Part shown: in pieces, positions 38,246 through 47,684 of the stretch
How the letters are laid out: the number at the start of each line of letters is the position of its first letter
Position numbering within the stretch: position 1 is the first letter of the stretch
Source: a virus
DNA: 64,000 nt
Virus record (IMG/VR): IMGVR_UViG_3300035670_000035
Coordinates: 72,132-136,131 of that record
Direction: 5' to 3' (one strand)
Translations under genes and position numbers: made by a program
The notes under the pieces: model-generated
Databases searched by the model: none
Seen by the model: the letters and a program-made list of their open reading frames with translations, nothing else
Told to the model about the DNA's origin: nothing

Positions 38246-39924
38246 AGCTTTATCTCCGTTGGATTCTGTACTGTACTTGCTGTGTCATTTCTATCCCTAT
38301 GTCCTCCAAATTCCAACCAAGTTGCTGTTCCTTGAAAATTTCTATTAATTAAATTTGTAGATATATTTAAGCTTTTTAATATGCCATTGTTATAATTATT
38401 TTTAATTAAATCTTTAAATTTTGTTATATAATCTTTTATTTTTCCTGCATCTTTAAATAAAGCTTGAACTTGAAGATTTCTCTCTACGGGTTTTGATTGA
38501 TTACTTTCCTGTATAAGTTCTTCTCCTGGTTCTTGACCTCCAATAATAATAAATTGATTAGCTAAATGAACCGCGGATTCGTTTGTTATTTGTGCAGATC
38601 CATAAATCATGTCTTGATCTTGAACATTATATTCTGGACGATCTTCGTATGTTATACTAAAATTTATGCTTCCTTCGCTTATGTTATAAGTTAAATCGCC
38701 ATTAGTTATATAAGTTTTATAATCTCCTATTTTAGGAGTTATAGATGTAAAACTTTTAGCTTGAGTAAATAATTGTTTGTAATTACTGTCAAAATAACTT
38801 TTGGCTGCTGCTAATTTTTTATTTGTATTAGGATCAATTTCTTTATCTGGAGGAAGTTTCATTCCAACTATTGTGCCTCTAATAGTTTTCTTTTTGGCTT
38901 TTTCTTTTTTTAGATCTTCTGTGGTATCAACAATTTCTACTCTTACGCCTTGAATATATTCTGGTTCATTAGTAATAGATACATTATATTGAGATGTTCC
39001 AGCGGCTTCATCAACGGTAATTTGTCTTGAAGTTTCTTCAAAAGTGCTTCTGTAACCACTTGGTAAAGATCCATAAGTTAAACTATAATACGTGGAAATA
39101 AATGTTTGACATCTAGCTTTTGCACCATCAGATTCGGATAATGCTTTATCATATAGTTCTTTTATTGTAAAATCATTGTTTTTATTTATTTTAATTTGTC
39201 CGTTTTCTGAAACTACTATTGAACCATTATTTTGTATATTGTAATTTGTTGATCTTAAAACTGAGAATCCGCCACTAGATCCTCTATATTCATTTTTTGT
39301 TTCAATAAAACTATATGTTCCACTAGTTTCATCATATACATTTGATGCTGTTGTTCTTGAAGAGCTAATGGATAGAACATTTGTAGCATTTAATATAGCG
39401 TTTGCAATATTTTGAGCGCGACTCAAACTATAATTATTAGCATTTTCCCCAAAAGTTATACCAATTGAAGTTGTTAGAGTTTTTCCTTCTAAATTTTCTT
39501 CTCTTGCTTGAGATATTTTAATGTCTGATATATCTTTTAAATCTGATAGATTTACTCCATATGAGGTTAGTAGAGATGAGTTGACTGCTTCATATATTTC
39601 AAAAGTTATAGAGAAATCTTTACTCTGTACGTCTTGATTGCTTGTATTTTCAAAACTAATATCTGTTATTTTAACTCCAGAATAGGATAGTAACCCAGCA
39701 AAATTAAGAGTACAATTCTTTGCTTCTTTATTATCTTCGATAGCATCAATTTGCGCCCAAATTTCACTATATCCGCTTAAATTATTTAATTCTAATAGTT
39801 TTCCTTTTACAGTTATTTCTTGAACTATTTTTAAAAGAATATTAGATTGACTTTTTTCTATTCTTTTTGTGGCACTAGTAACTTCTGGGTAATTTAAAGA
39901 TATGTTAAATGTTGGATTTGCCAT
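38242..39924 (-). CDS. Distal tail/baseplate protein
   Basis: Immediately downstream of the TMP; repeated modules (ITVKGKL, TIRGTI, GSISYS-like). Confidence 0.5.
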   Translation of the reverse strand: MANPTFNISLNYPEVTSATKRIEKSQSNILLKIVQEITVKGKLLELNNLSGYSEIWAQIDAIEDNKEAKNCTLNFAGLLSYSGVKITDISFENTSNQDVQSKDFSITFEIYEAVNSSLLTSYGVNLSDLKDISDIKISQAREENLEGKTLTTSIGITFGENANNYSLSRAQNIANAILNATNVLSISSSRTTASNVYDETSGTYSFIETKNEYRGSSGGFSVLRSTNYNIQNNGSIVVSENGQIKINKNNDFTIKELYDKALSESDGAKARCQTFISTYYSLTYGSLPSGYRSTFEETSRQITVDEAAGTSQYNVSITNEPEYIQGVRVEIVDTTEDLKKEKAKKKTIRGTIVGMKLPPDKEIDPNTNKKLAAAKSYFDSNYKQLFTQAKSFTSITPKIGDYKTYITNGDLTYNISEGSINFSITYEDRPEYNVQDQDMIYGSAQITNESAVHLANQFIIIGGQEPGEELIQESNQSKPVERNLQVQALFKDAGKIKDYITKFKDLIKNNYNNGILKSLNISTNLINRNFQGTATWLEFGGHRDRNDTASTVQNPTEIKL

Positions 39925-39930
39925 ATTTTA

Positions 39931-42900
39931 TTACGCTGTTAAATTCAAATTTTGAGGTGGATTAACAACGCCCTTTTCCCTTGCTTTAGCCTTTTCATCC
40001 GCAATTTTAACAATTGCTTCACCGAATTTTTTAACTTCTGCTTCAATCATTTTTTGTAGTTCTGCTTTATCCATTGCAGCTTCTTGCGCTATATTAATGT
40101 TTGGAGATACAGAGATGGTATTATTTATTTCAAATGGTTTTTCTTTTTCTGTTGCTTTAGCTTTTTCTGTTGCTGTTTCTTCTGATTTGGCAAGCATTTC
40201 TGCTTTAGAAAACTCTTCTGGTCTTGAAGTATTTTCAAATTGTTGGGCAAATTGCTGTTGAGATTCTTTTAATGTTGCTAACGCTACTTCAAGCCCTTTT
40301 GCTTGAGAAGCTTGCTCTTCTTCGGTAAGAGCACTAGCTCCACCTCCGCCTAAAAATCCAGGTAAATTTTGAGATAATGATGTAAATAAATCTGGCATTG
40401 TATCGTAAAGTTTATCACCTAAAACGCTTGCTACATTTTCTCCTTTATCTCCAACTGGAACTTGACTAATTCCATAACCAACAGCTGCTCCACCAGCAAA
40501 TGCACCAGCACCTAAAGCAGTTGTTCCTGCAACTCCTCCAGGTAATGCTAATGCCCCTCTTACTCCTATATTCATTCCATTTGCTGCAGCTGCTGTATTT
40601 AATGCTCCTCTAGCAACTCCAAATCCTCTTCCTATACCTCCAACAACATTTTTTCCTAAATTAGCTGCGCCTCCAACAACATTTTTTCCTAAATTAGCTG
40701 CGCCTCCAACAACATTTTTTCCTAAATTAATTGCACCTTTTCCAGCTGCAGATACTCCTTTTGCACCAAGTATTCCACCGCCTACCGCCGCTATTGTGCT
40801 TCCAATTCCACCACCAGCAAGTAATGTATTTATTATGCTACTTGCATCCATACTTGGAGCAGGAGTAGGTTTTACTACATCTGGAGTAAAGTCAACCTTA
40901 GTTTCTTTAGGAACATCTTCGGCTCTTTTTCTCATAGCTTCTATCTCTGCGGCTTTTTCTTGGGCTTTCTTTTGATCTTCTGTGAGTTCAGGAGCTTTAG
41001 ATCCTAAGTCGTTTAACATAACTCTACCTTCTCCTACTTTCTCCTCTAATTCTTTCATTGTCTGTGTACCAGCATCACCAAAATCATAACCATTTTTTCC
41101 TCCTGCTAAAATATCCTGTGCAGGTTTAAATCCTAAAGCACCCGCTTGTTCCATCTGTTGTCTTTGTACATTAGCTATATATCTTGCTCCTCTTTCTTTA
41201 TATTCTTCTGGAGCTTCAAGTCCAGCTTGTCGTGCTAATAATACAGCTTGCCCAGCTAATCTATCTAGCTCTTCTTCTTTTCCTGGTCCTGCCCCCATAG
41301 TTTCAACCATTTTTATTCTTGACAATGCCGCGTTAAGCTTATCCATTGGTTGAGCTACAAATTCTTCATCAAAAATTCCTTCTCCTTGTACGCTACTTAT
41401 ACCTTTATAACCTGGAGCTTTAGGCTGTACTGCTGCTGCTTTCGCTCTTGCTTCGGCAGCTTTAAGCTCAGTTTGAGTTAATTTCATGGTTGCTGCTACC
41501 ATTTTTTGTGCTGCTTCTGGATTTTTAGCTAATTCACTTTTTAACTGAGCAATAGATTCTGTAGATGCACCTGCCATTACTGCTCCTGCTTCAAGCACAG
41601 CAAAAAATTCGGAAGCAGAACCTGATGATTGAGATAAAGCGTCTGCAACAGTTAGAAAATCATCTGGATTAAGAGAGAGAATCGGTGCCATAACAGATTT
41701 GGCAGCGGAATCAATTGATTCTTTGCTTTGAAATGTTGTTTTCATTTCTTTATTCATTAAACCTTGGCCATAATCTACTAATGGTCCTATTCCTGTACCA
41801 GTTAAAATTCTACCAAATTGACCCATAGCACCCATATCAGCTCTAGCTTTTCCTTGTTCGGCTGTAACTGTTTGTCTTAAAGCAATTTGGCTCTGGGCTA
41901 CTGATTGTTTACGTTGCTCCTCTGAGATAGAGCCCATTACTCCTTCTGGAGTACTTAAATTTTTCATTATTTTATCTCGTAGTTCTGGGCCTAAATCAGC
42001 TATGCCATCTAAAATGCTTGTTCTAAATTTTGCAATAGCTTCTGGATCTGGTTCTGCTTTCTCTAATTCTTCTGCATAAGCATTTAATGTTGGATTTAAA
42101 TTAGATACTACAGTTTCTAATTTAGAAGTAGCAGCTCTTGAAGATTCCATAGCTTTATTTAAGCTATCCATCTGCTTGGTAAGAGGTTTATCTGCATTTG
42201 CAGAAAGTCCAGCTACACCTTGAATTGCTAACATTGTTCCTGCCGCAGCAATTCCTTTTTTACCACCACCAAAAGTACCAATAGCTGTACTAACAGAACT
42301 TAGTGCAGTTAAACTTTGATTTAACCCTTGAATTACTTTACTATTTGTATCCCCAAATTGAAGTATTGTTCCTTGTAATACAGATATGCCAAGACCAAGT
42401 GCTATTAATTTGCTTTGATTATCGTTTACTTTCTTGGATAAATTTTTACTAGAATCAGCAGTTTTACTTAATCCTCTAGCGGCTTCATCTGCTGCTTTTG
42501 CTACGGCAGTAAAATCTCCAGATTTACCTGTACCTACTGACATTTTTCCACCTGGATTTCTAAATGGTATTCCTTTTGGCATAGGGGCAAAATTTGGTAT
42601 AACTCCACTATAACGATTTACTCCTTGCTGTAATCCAGCTGGTTCATCTCGCGTATTATAAACTCCAAGACCAAGAGGGTTATCTCTAGACATTAAACTA
42701 GAGCTAGTACCAACTCGAATTAAATTAGGATTAACGCCAGCAGCTTGCTCGCGAGCAATAGCGTCTTGTAATGCGGCAAAATTTGGAATATAACCAAAAG
42801 ATTTAGTTCTTCTTGCGGAGCTTATCTTTTGTGCTTTTCCTAGCTGTATTCCTTTTTCTGCAGCTTTTCTAGCGGCAAGTTCTTTCTCTTTTAATTGTCT

Positions 42901-45360
42901 CTGTTTTAGTTCTTTTGTATAATTTTCACCTAACATTTCCTTTGTTTTTTGACCTATATACCCTAAATTTAATATTTTTTGAGCTACACTATCTCTTTGG
43001 TCTCCTTTTGCATTTACTTTAGCTTCAAATGTAGCAGCTCTATCCGCCCCCATATTAAATAATTTTCTTAATTCAGGACTTGGAGCAGCAAAATCTATTG
43101 GAGCATTTTGACCTCTTCCTTCATTTAGAGTGCTAGTTGCAAGTCCAACAGCTGTTTCAAATACTGCTCCAGCAATACTACCAAATGATCCAGCATTAGA
43201 TAGTTGATTAATACTTGCGATCTTTGGTATTTGTCCACCACCTTGAAATAATTTTTTAGCAAAATCATTTGTAAATGTTACAATTTTATCTCCAAGTTGT
43301 TTTATCAAATCTATGTCTGCTGGTTTCCTTATGTTCGCTGGGTTATATCCAGACATTGGAAATCCTATTTTAATTTTATAATCTCCATATTTAGCATAAC
43401 CAAAAGCATCTACAGCTTTATTAGTTTTATATGGAAAAATCATTCCAACTTTATTTTGTCTTCCAGTATCAATAATCTTTGTATATTTTTTTCTTTCTTT
43501 ATCTACAAAATTAGGAACATATCCACGATAAGCATAAGGATCAAATCCTACTTGTTTTCTAAATGCGCTTCTATAATTTTCTCCAGCAAGACTATTTTGT
43601 GGTGGCATAATAGCTGGACCATCTGCACCAGCAAATTGTACAACACTCTCTGCTGTATTATAATACATTCCTCCTATCTTTTTGACTGCACCAGGAGTAT
43701 AACCTCCAGCGTATGCACCCATTTTTTCTTGCATAGTTGGCGATACAAAATTTGGTATATAACCACCAGCTTTTGTTTTTACTGTTGGAGTGGCTATTCT
43801 TGCTGCGGCTGGAGCAACTCTAGCTGAAATTGTAGCGCCTATAGCTCTTGCCGTATTTTGCTGCTCAATAATCCTTAGTATTTGATTTTCTATTTGTAAT
43901 AGTGAAGACTCTTTAGAAATAATAGCTTGTATAAGCGAAGGATTTTGTGCTAAGATTGCATTTACTCTTGCTTGTGCTGATGCAATTTTATCAGCTTGAC
44001 TACTAATTCCAATTAAACTTTTTAACGCTTCTGCACTAAATTTAGTTAATCCACCAAATATCTTAATAAATGCTGCACCAACCACAGCAAGTCCTGGACC
44101 ACTTAAATAACCACCTATTCCTTTTAAAATACCTGTGGCAATTTTTGTTCCTGTACCTTGAAGCTCTTCTGGTTTATTGAATTCTTCTAAAATAGAATTT
44201 AATCCACCAAGACCAATTTTTAAACTTGGAGCAATAGTTAATTCGCCAATTCTTGCAGCAGCTTCTTGTAAGTTAACAAAAGTTTTATTCGTTAATGCTG
44301 AAAGAGTTTGATTTAAAGCTTGATTTCTTTGAATTGCTTGATCTGCGGCAGTTCTAGATGCATTTAAAGCTCCACTATAGACACTATATTCTTTACTTAA
44401 ATCTGATAGTGCTGCTCTTAAAATATTGATCTGGAAAACACCGCCAACAGTTTCTGCAACAGAAGCTCTTTGAGAATCACTTAATTGATAAAATACATCT
44501 GATAAATTTTTTAGAATTTGTATAGCTGGTAAAGTGTTACCTTGTAAATCTCTAACTGCAATTCCTACGGCTTCTAATTCATCTAACGTATCTGTTCGTT
44601 GTAAACGTGTAAAAATCGTCTTAAATGAGTTACCAATTACTGCTCCACCTCTAGCGGTTGTTTGTTGGGCGGCTGTAACAATAGCTATTAATTGATCAAA
44701 ATCAACTCCTACGTCTTGAGCTGTACTACCAACTCGACTAATAGCCTCTGCAAGATCCGCTGTGCTTACAGCAAAAGCCGCGTCAACTGTTGCAAGTTTA
44801 TTAATAATCTGACTAGAGGTTAATCCTGCTCTTGCAAATGAGTTTACTGCCGCAGTTAATGTTTCTACGCTTCTTGCTGCATCTAGACCAGAAAGACGAC
44901 TTAATATAAGTGCGTCATTTGTTCTTTTTAATGTTTCTTCAATACCAAGACCTTGACGAGCAAATTCAGTTGCAGCTTTTGCTACTTGATCAAATCCTTG
45001 ACCAGTATTTTTTGCTATACCAAATAATTCTTTACCAAATTTGCCAAGGTCTTTTGTTGAAGCATTTAAAACAACATTAATATCTGTAAGGCTTTTTTCT
45101 ACTTCTAATGTGGCCTTTACTACTTCCCCAAATGCTCTTTGTATTGCGTAAACTGCTCCAGCAGATGCTCCGAATGCTAAAACACGAGCATTAGATGCTT
45201 CTAATGATTTTTCAAATTCAGATACTTTACCAGTAATTCTTCCTAAAGGCTGAGATAAGCTATCCTTTAGATTTAAATTAACGCTTCTAGACGATATTTT
45301 ATTTAACTTAGACTCTAACGGTCTCAGATCTCCATCTACCGATAAAATAATATCGCTCAT
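39931..45360 (-). CDS. Tail tape measure protein with internal cargo domain
   Basis: TMP core (SLTDINVVL, VAKAATEFARQG, ISRVGSTAQDVGVDFDQL, GNSFKTIFTRL), Ala/Gly-rich helices, 11-aa repeats, four G[YV][IV]PNF motifs. Confidence 0.92.
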   Translation of the reverse strand: MSDIILSVDGDLRPLESKLNKISSRSVNLNLKDSLSQPLGRITGKVSEFEKSLEASNARVLAFGASAGAVYAIQRAFGEVVKATLEVEKSLTDINVVLNASTKDLGKFGKELFGIAKNTGQGFDQVAKAATEFARQGLGIEETLKRTNDALILSRLSGLDAARSVETLTAAVNSFARAGLTSSQIINKLATVDAAFAVSTADLAEAISRVGSTAQDVGVDFDQLIAIVTAAQQTTARGGAVIGNSFKTIFTRLQRTDTLDELEAVGIAVRDLQGNTLPAIQILKNLSDVFYQLSDSQRASVAETVGGVFQINILRAALSDLSKEYSVYSGALNASRTAADQAIQRNQALNQTLSALTNKTFVNLQEAAARIGELTIAPSLKIGLGGLNSILEEFNKPEELQGTGTKIATGILKGIGGYLSGPGLAVVGAAFIKIFGGLTKFSAEALKSLIGISSQADKIASAQARVNAILAQNPSLIQAIISKESSLLQIENQILRIIEQQNTARAIGATISARVAPAAARIATPTVKTKAGGYIPNFVSPTMQEKMGAYAGGYTPGAVKKIGGMYYNTAESVVQFAGADGPAIMPPQNSLAGENYRSAFRKQVGFDPYAYRGYVPNFVDKERKKYTKIIDTGRQNKVGMIFPYKTNKAVDAFGYAKYGDYKIKIGFPMSGYNPANIRKPADIDLIKQLGDKIVTFTNDFAKKLFQGGGQIPKIASINQLSNAGSFGSIAGAVFETAVGLATSTLNEGRGQNAPIDFAAPSPELRKLFNMGADRAATFEAKVNAKGDQRDSVAQKILNLGYIGQKTKEMLGENYTKELKQRQLKEKELAARKAAEKGIQLGKAQKISSARRTKSFGYIPNFAALQDAIAREQAAGVNPNLIRVGTSSSLMSRDNPLGLGVYNTRDEPAGLQQGVNRYSGVIPNFAPMPKGIPFRNPGGKMSVGTGKSGDFTAVAKAADEAARGLSKTADSSKNLSKKVNDNQSKLIALGLGISVLQGTILQFGDTNSKVIQGLNQSLTALSSVSTAIGTFGGGKKGIAAAGTMLAIQGVAGLSANADKPLTKQMDSLNKAMESSRAATSKLETVVSNLNPTLNAYAEELEKAEPDPEAIAKFRTSILDGIADLGPELRDKIMKNLSTPEGVMGSISEEQRKQSVAQSQIALRQTVTAEQGKARADMGAMGQFGRILTGTGIGPLVDYGQGLMNKEMKTTFQSKESIDSAAKSVMAPILSLNPDDFLTVADALSQSSGSASEFFAVLEAGAVMAGASTESIAQLKSELAKNPEAAQKMVAATMKLTQTELKAAEARAKAAAVQPKAPGYKGISSVQGEGIFDEEFVAQPMDKLNAALSRIKMVETMGAGPGKEEELDRLAGQAVLLARQAGLEAPEEYKERGARYIANVQRQQMEQAGALGFKPAQDILAGGKNGYDFGDAGTQTMKELEEKVGEGRVMLNDLGSKAPELTEDQKKAQEKAAEIEAMRKRAEDVPKETKVDFTPDVVKPTPAPSMDASSIINTLLAGGGIGSTIAAVGGGILGAKGVSAAGKGAINLGKNVVGGAANLGKNVVGGAANLGKNVVGGIGRGFGVARGALNTAAAANGMNIGVRGALALPGGVAGTTALGAGAFAGGAAVGYGISQVPVGDKGENVASVLGDKLYDTMPDLFTSLSQNLPGFLGGGGASALTEEEQASQAKGLEVALATLKESQQQFAQQFENTSRPEEFSKAEMLAKSEETATEKAKATEKEKPFEINNTISVSPNINIAQEAAMDKAELQKMIEAEVKKFGEAIVKIADEKAKAREKGVVNPPQNLNLTA
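40637..40729 (-). repeat. 33-nt exact tandem repeat (about 2.8 copies) in the TMP
   Basis: cctccaacaacattttttcctaaattagctgcg repeated; encodes NLGKNVVGGAA. Confidence 0.95.
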
Positions 45361-45393
45361 TCCTTTAACCTTTTCCTATGATATTATTACACT
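45361..45393 (-). promoter_or_regulatory. Putative late promoter plus tandem AAGG leader for the TMP
   Basis: AGTGTAA-N9-AGGA-AAAGGT-TAAAGGA-ATG. Confidence 0.65.
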
Positions 45394-45400
45394 TTTAAAG

Positions 45401-46387
45401 TTAAATTTTTGATAATTTTGCTAAATCTGCTATATTTAGAGTGCCTCCTTTAGACTTTGCTATTTCATTAACATCATTTTTAACGTCTTGTTTTAAATAT
45501 TCCATGTCTTCTTTATTTGCGCCCATAACAAAATTCATACCTTTGCCACTAGAATTAGGATTTTTACTTTTAAAATTAACAAAAGCGTTATACCATTCTA
45601 TTAATTTATCTGGATTTCTTTTTGTTTCTAAATCTAATTTTTTAGCTTCTTGCATACCTAAAACTGTATGAAAAAATTTACCATAACTATATATACTTGT
45701 TTGATAATAACTCAAATTATAAATTGCTTGATTAAATAAGTGATAACAATTTCCATCTGCTGCATTTATCATATTTTGAAAAAATTCAGACAGTGATAAT
45801 TGTTTGATATTATTGATATTAAATTTTTCCATTACTTTATTGTGCAATATTATATATTTATAGTATAAATTTTCATCAATATCATAATTTTCAATATCTA
45901 ATAATTTAAACTTAAGTTCTTTATCTTTATAAAATGAATTTAAAATATAAATAAAATCAACTTTACTTTGAGCATAAGATTCAGCATATATGCCCATAAG
46001 ATCTTTCTTGTCGTTCAAAAGGGTTTTGACTTCTTTTTTTAAATTAACTATTTCTTTTTTTGATTTATCTATATGGGATTTTAAAAATAAATTACTATGT
46101 GATTTCTCTAATTTTTGAAGTTTTTCTTTTTTATATTTTAATTCCTTTTCCTGCTCTTCTGTCCAGTAATTTTCAGAGATTAATAGCTTTTCTTTTTCTT
46201 CATAATTTGGCAAACCATTCTTTTTTGCTTTATCATAATATTCAAAAAAATGCTCTTCAAATTCACCAGAGCTAAATTCTCCGTAATGTTTTATGTAAAT
46301 ATATTCATTTTTATCTAAGACTTTAGAATAACGATTACAAATTTCAAAAAATAATAATTTTAATTTGCGCTCTGTAAGATTTGTCAA
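45401..46387 (-). CDS. Putative tail assembly chaperone (pre-TMP)
   Basis: Directly upstream of the TMP, coiled-coil; TTG start overlapping the upstream TGA. Confidence 0.55.
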   Translation of the reverse strand: MTNLTERKLKLLFFEICNRYSKVLDKNEYIYIKHYGEFSSGEFEEHFFEYYDKAKKNGLPNYEEKEKLLISENYWTEEQEKELKYKKEKLQKLEKSHSNLFLKSHIDKSKKEIVNLKKEVKTLLNDKKDLMGIYAESYAQSKVDFIYILNSFYKDKELKFKLLDIENYDIDENLYYKYIILHNKVMEKFNINNIKQLSLSEFFQNMINAADGNCYHLFNQAIYNLSYYQTSIYSYGKFFHTVLGMQEAKKLDLETKRNPDKLIEWYNAFVNFKSKNPNSSGKGMNFVMGANKEDMEYLKQDVKNDVNEIAKSKGGTLNIADLAKLSKI

Positions 46388-47145
46388 TCTTGATTACCTT
46401 GCTCTTTAATATAATTTTCTATTATTTTAAAATCTTCTTGTTTGGTAGCTTTTCCAGCATACCAAAAACTTACAAAGTACGCAAATCTTGTTAATATTTT
46501 CTTTAAGAATGCATCATCGCCTTCTTCAATTTCATCATACTTTTTAAGTCTTTGTTCATAAGTTCCTTCTCCAAACAAAGGAACGTAATCTTCTCCACTC
46601 TTTTTATATGACATAAAAAGAATCCACCACATCATTGTTTTATTCTTTGCTCTATTCTCTGCTGTTTGCTCAAAAATATTATTCTTAGCATTTTCTAATT
46701 CAACTAATTCTAATCTTAGAGCATTAATTTGATTTTCTAATTCAATTTTCTCTTTATTCTCTTCCTCGGTAAGTTTTTCTTTTTTCTCCTCTTTTTCAAC
46801 ATAAACTTGATATTTAATTTGAATATTTGTAATTTCTTCTAAAAGGATCTTAATTTTCTCTACTTCTCCATCAGTAAAAATACCACCATCTTTGTCGTAT
46901 TTTTTAACCATTAGAGTTCTTGTCAACATGCCAGCTTTAATTCCTTCTGCTAATTTTACTCCATAAAAAAGTTCAGCATCATCAAGCATTGCTCTTGTTG
47001 GTTTTTTAAGTGCAAATTCGACTGGTTTTTCTTCTTTGACTTTTTTAATAGTCTTTACTAGTTCGTTGTTATCGTTAGTTGATTCTTCGATTTTTTCTAC
47101 TTCTTTAACTTCAGATTCTGTAAACGTATATAAATACTTGCTCAT
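46384..47145 (-). CDS. Putative tail assembly chaperone
   Basis: Between tube and TMP; acidic coiled-coil; LKKPTR motif; FEQTAENRA. Confidence 0.6.
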   Translation of the reverse strand: MSKYLYTFTESEVKEVEKIEESTNDNNELVKTIKKVKEEKPVEFALKKPTRAMLDDAELFYGVKLAEGIKAGMLTRTLMVKKYDKDGGIFTDGEVEKIKILLEEITNIQIKYQVYVEKEEKKEKLTEEENKEKIELENQINALRLELVELENAKNNIFEQTAENRAKNKTMMWWILFMSYKKSGEDYVPLFGEGTYEQRLKKYDEIEEGDDAFLKKILTRFAYFVSFWYAGKATKQEDFKIIENYIKEQGNQD

Positions 47146-47402
47146 TGTTTTTCTCCTATTTTTTCATCAAAAAAATATTTAACTTTTTTAAAATTAAGTT
47201 TACCAGCTATAGTTTTGACAAAATCTTCTTTTCTTTTTTCATCCCAATTTCTATACATAGAAATAAATTTATCGCTAACTAACGTCTCTAGCTTTGGACT
47301 ATATATCTTATATTCCTGAGATAAGCTTCTTTGAACTGTCTGTAAATTCAAATTAGCTTCAATTATAGACTGGGCGGGAAAATTAAATATTCTCTTTCTC
47401 AT
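47142..47402 (-). CDS. Small hypothetical protein
   Basis: ATGA-type overlaps at both ends. Confidence 0.6.
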   Translation of the reverse strand: MRKRIFNFPAQSIIEANLNLQTVQRSLSQEYKIYSPKLETLVSDKFISMYRNWDEKRKEDFVKTIAGKLNFKKVKYFFDEKIGEKQ

Positions 47403-47614
47403 AGATTTATCTTGAATTGCTTAAGATCTTCTTCAAGCTCTCTAATAGTATCATTACCATAATCTAGCACTCTTTTACGAAGCTGATTGTATTTCTCTTG
47501 AGAGATGGAAGGATTATCTTTTGATAAATCTTCTAGAATAATAAAGAAGTTTTTGAATAAGTTAGTTACTTTTCTACGTATCTGAAATGATAGATAATCT
47601 CTTTCCTTTGACAT
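47399..47614 (-). CDS. Small hypothetical protein
   Basis: 71 aa, helical, own promoter and AAAGGT-TAAAGGT leader. Confidence 0.65.
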   Translation of the reverse strand: MSKERDYLSFQIRRKVTNLFKNFFIILEDLSKDNPSISQEKYNQLRKRVLDYGNDTIRELEEDLKQFKINL

Positions 47615-47634
47615 ACACCTTTAACCTTTAAAAT

Positions 47635-47669
47635 ATTATATGATAAACTAAACGGAAAGTCTAGTTTAT
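47635..47669 (-). promoter_or_regulatory. sigma70-type promoter overlapped by an inverted repeat
   Basis: TAGACT (47658-47663), 17 nt, TATAAT (47635-47640); hairpin ATAAACTAGAC-TTTCC-GTTTAGTTTAT at 47643-47669. Confidence 0.6.
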
Positions 47670-47684
47670 TATAATATTGAAACC

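Noticed and set aside
30070-39940. ATGTAA (about 30082) and GCGTAA (about 39931) as additional late promoters
   Set aside because: One mismatch each, atypical spacing, and both lie in coding ends of coupled genes; not counted
43297-43827. 176-aa plus-strand ORF inside the TMP, and the other short antisense ORFs in the track
   Set aside because: Antisense to well-supported genes, with no promoter/RBS and an aromatic-rich shadow composition
46360-46420. Programmed -1 frameshift joining the two pre-TMP chaperone genes
   Set aside because: The downstream frame has a TAA three codons before the TTG, and there is no slippery heptamer in that window; coupled TTG initiation fits better
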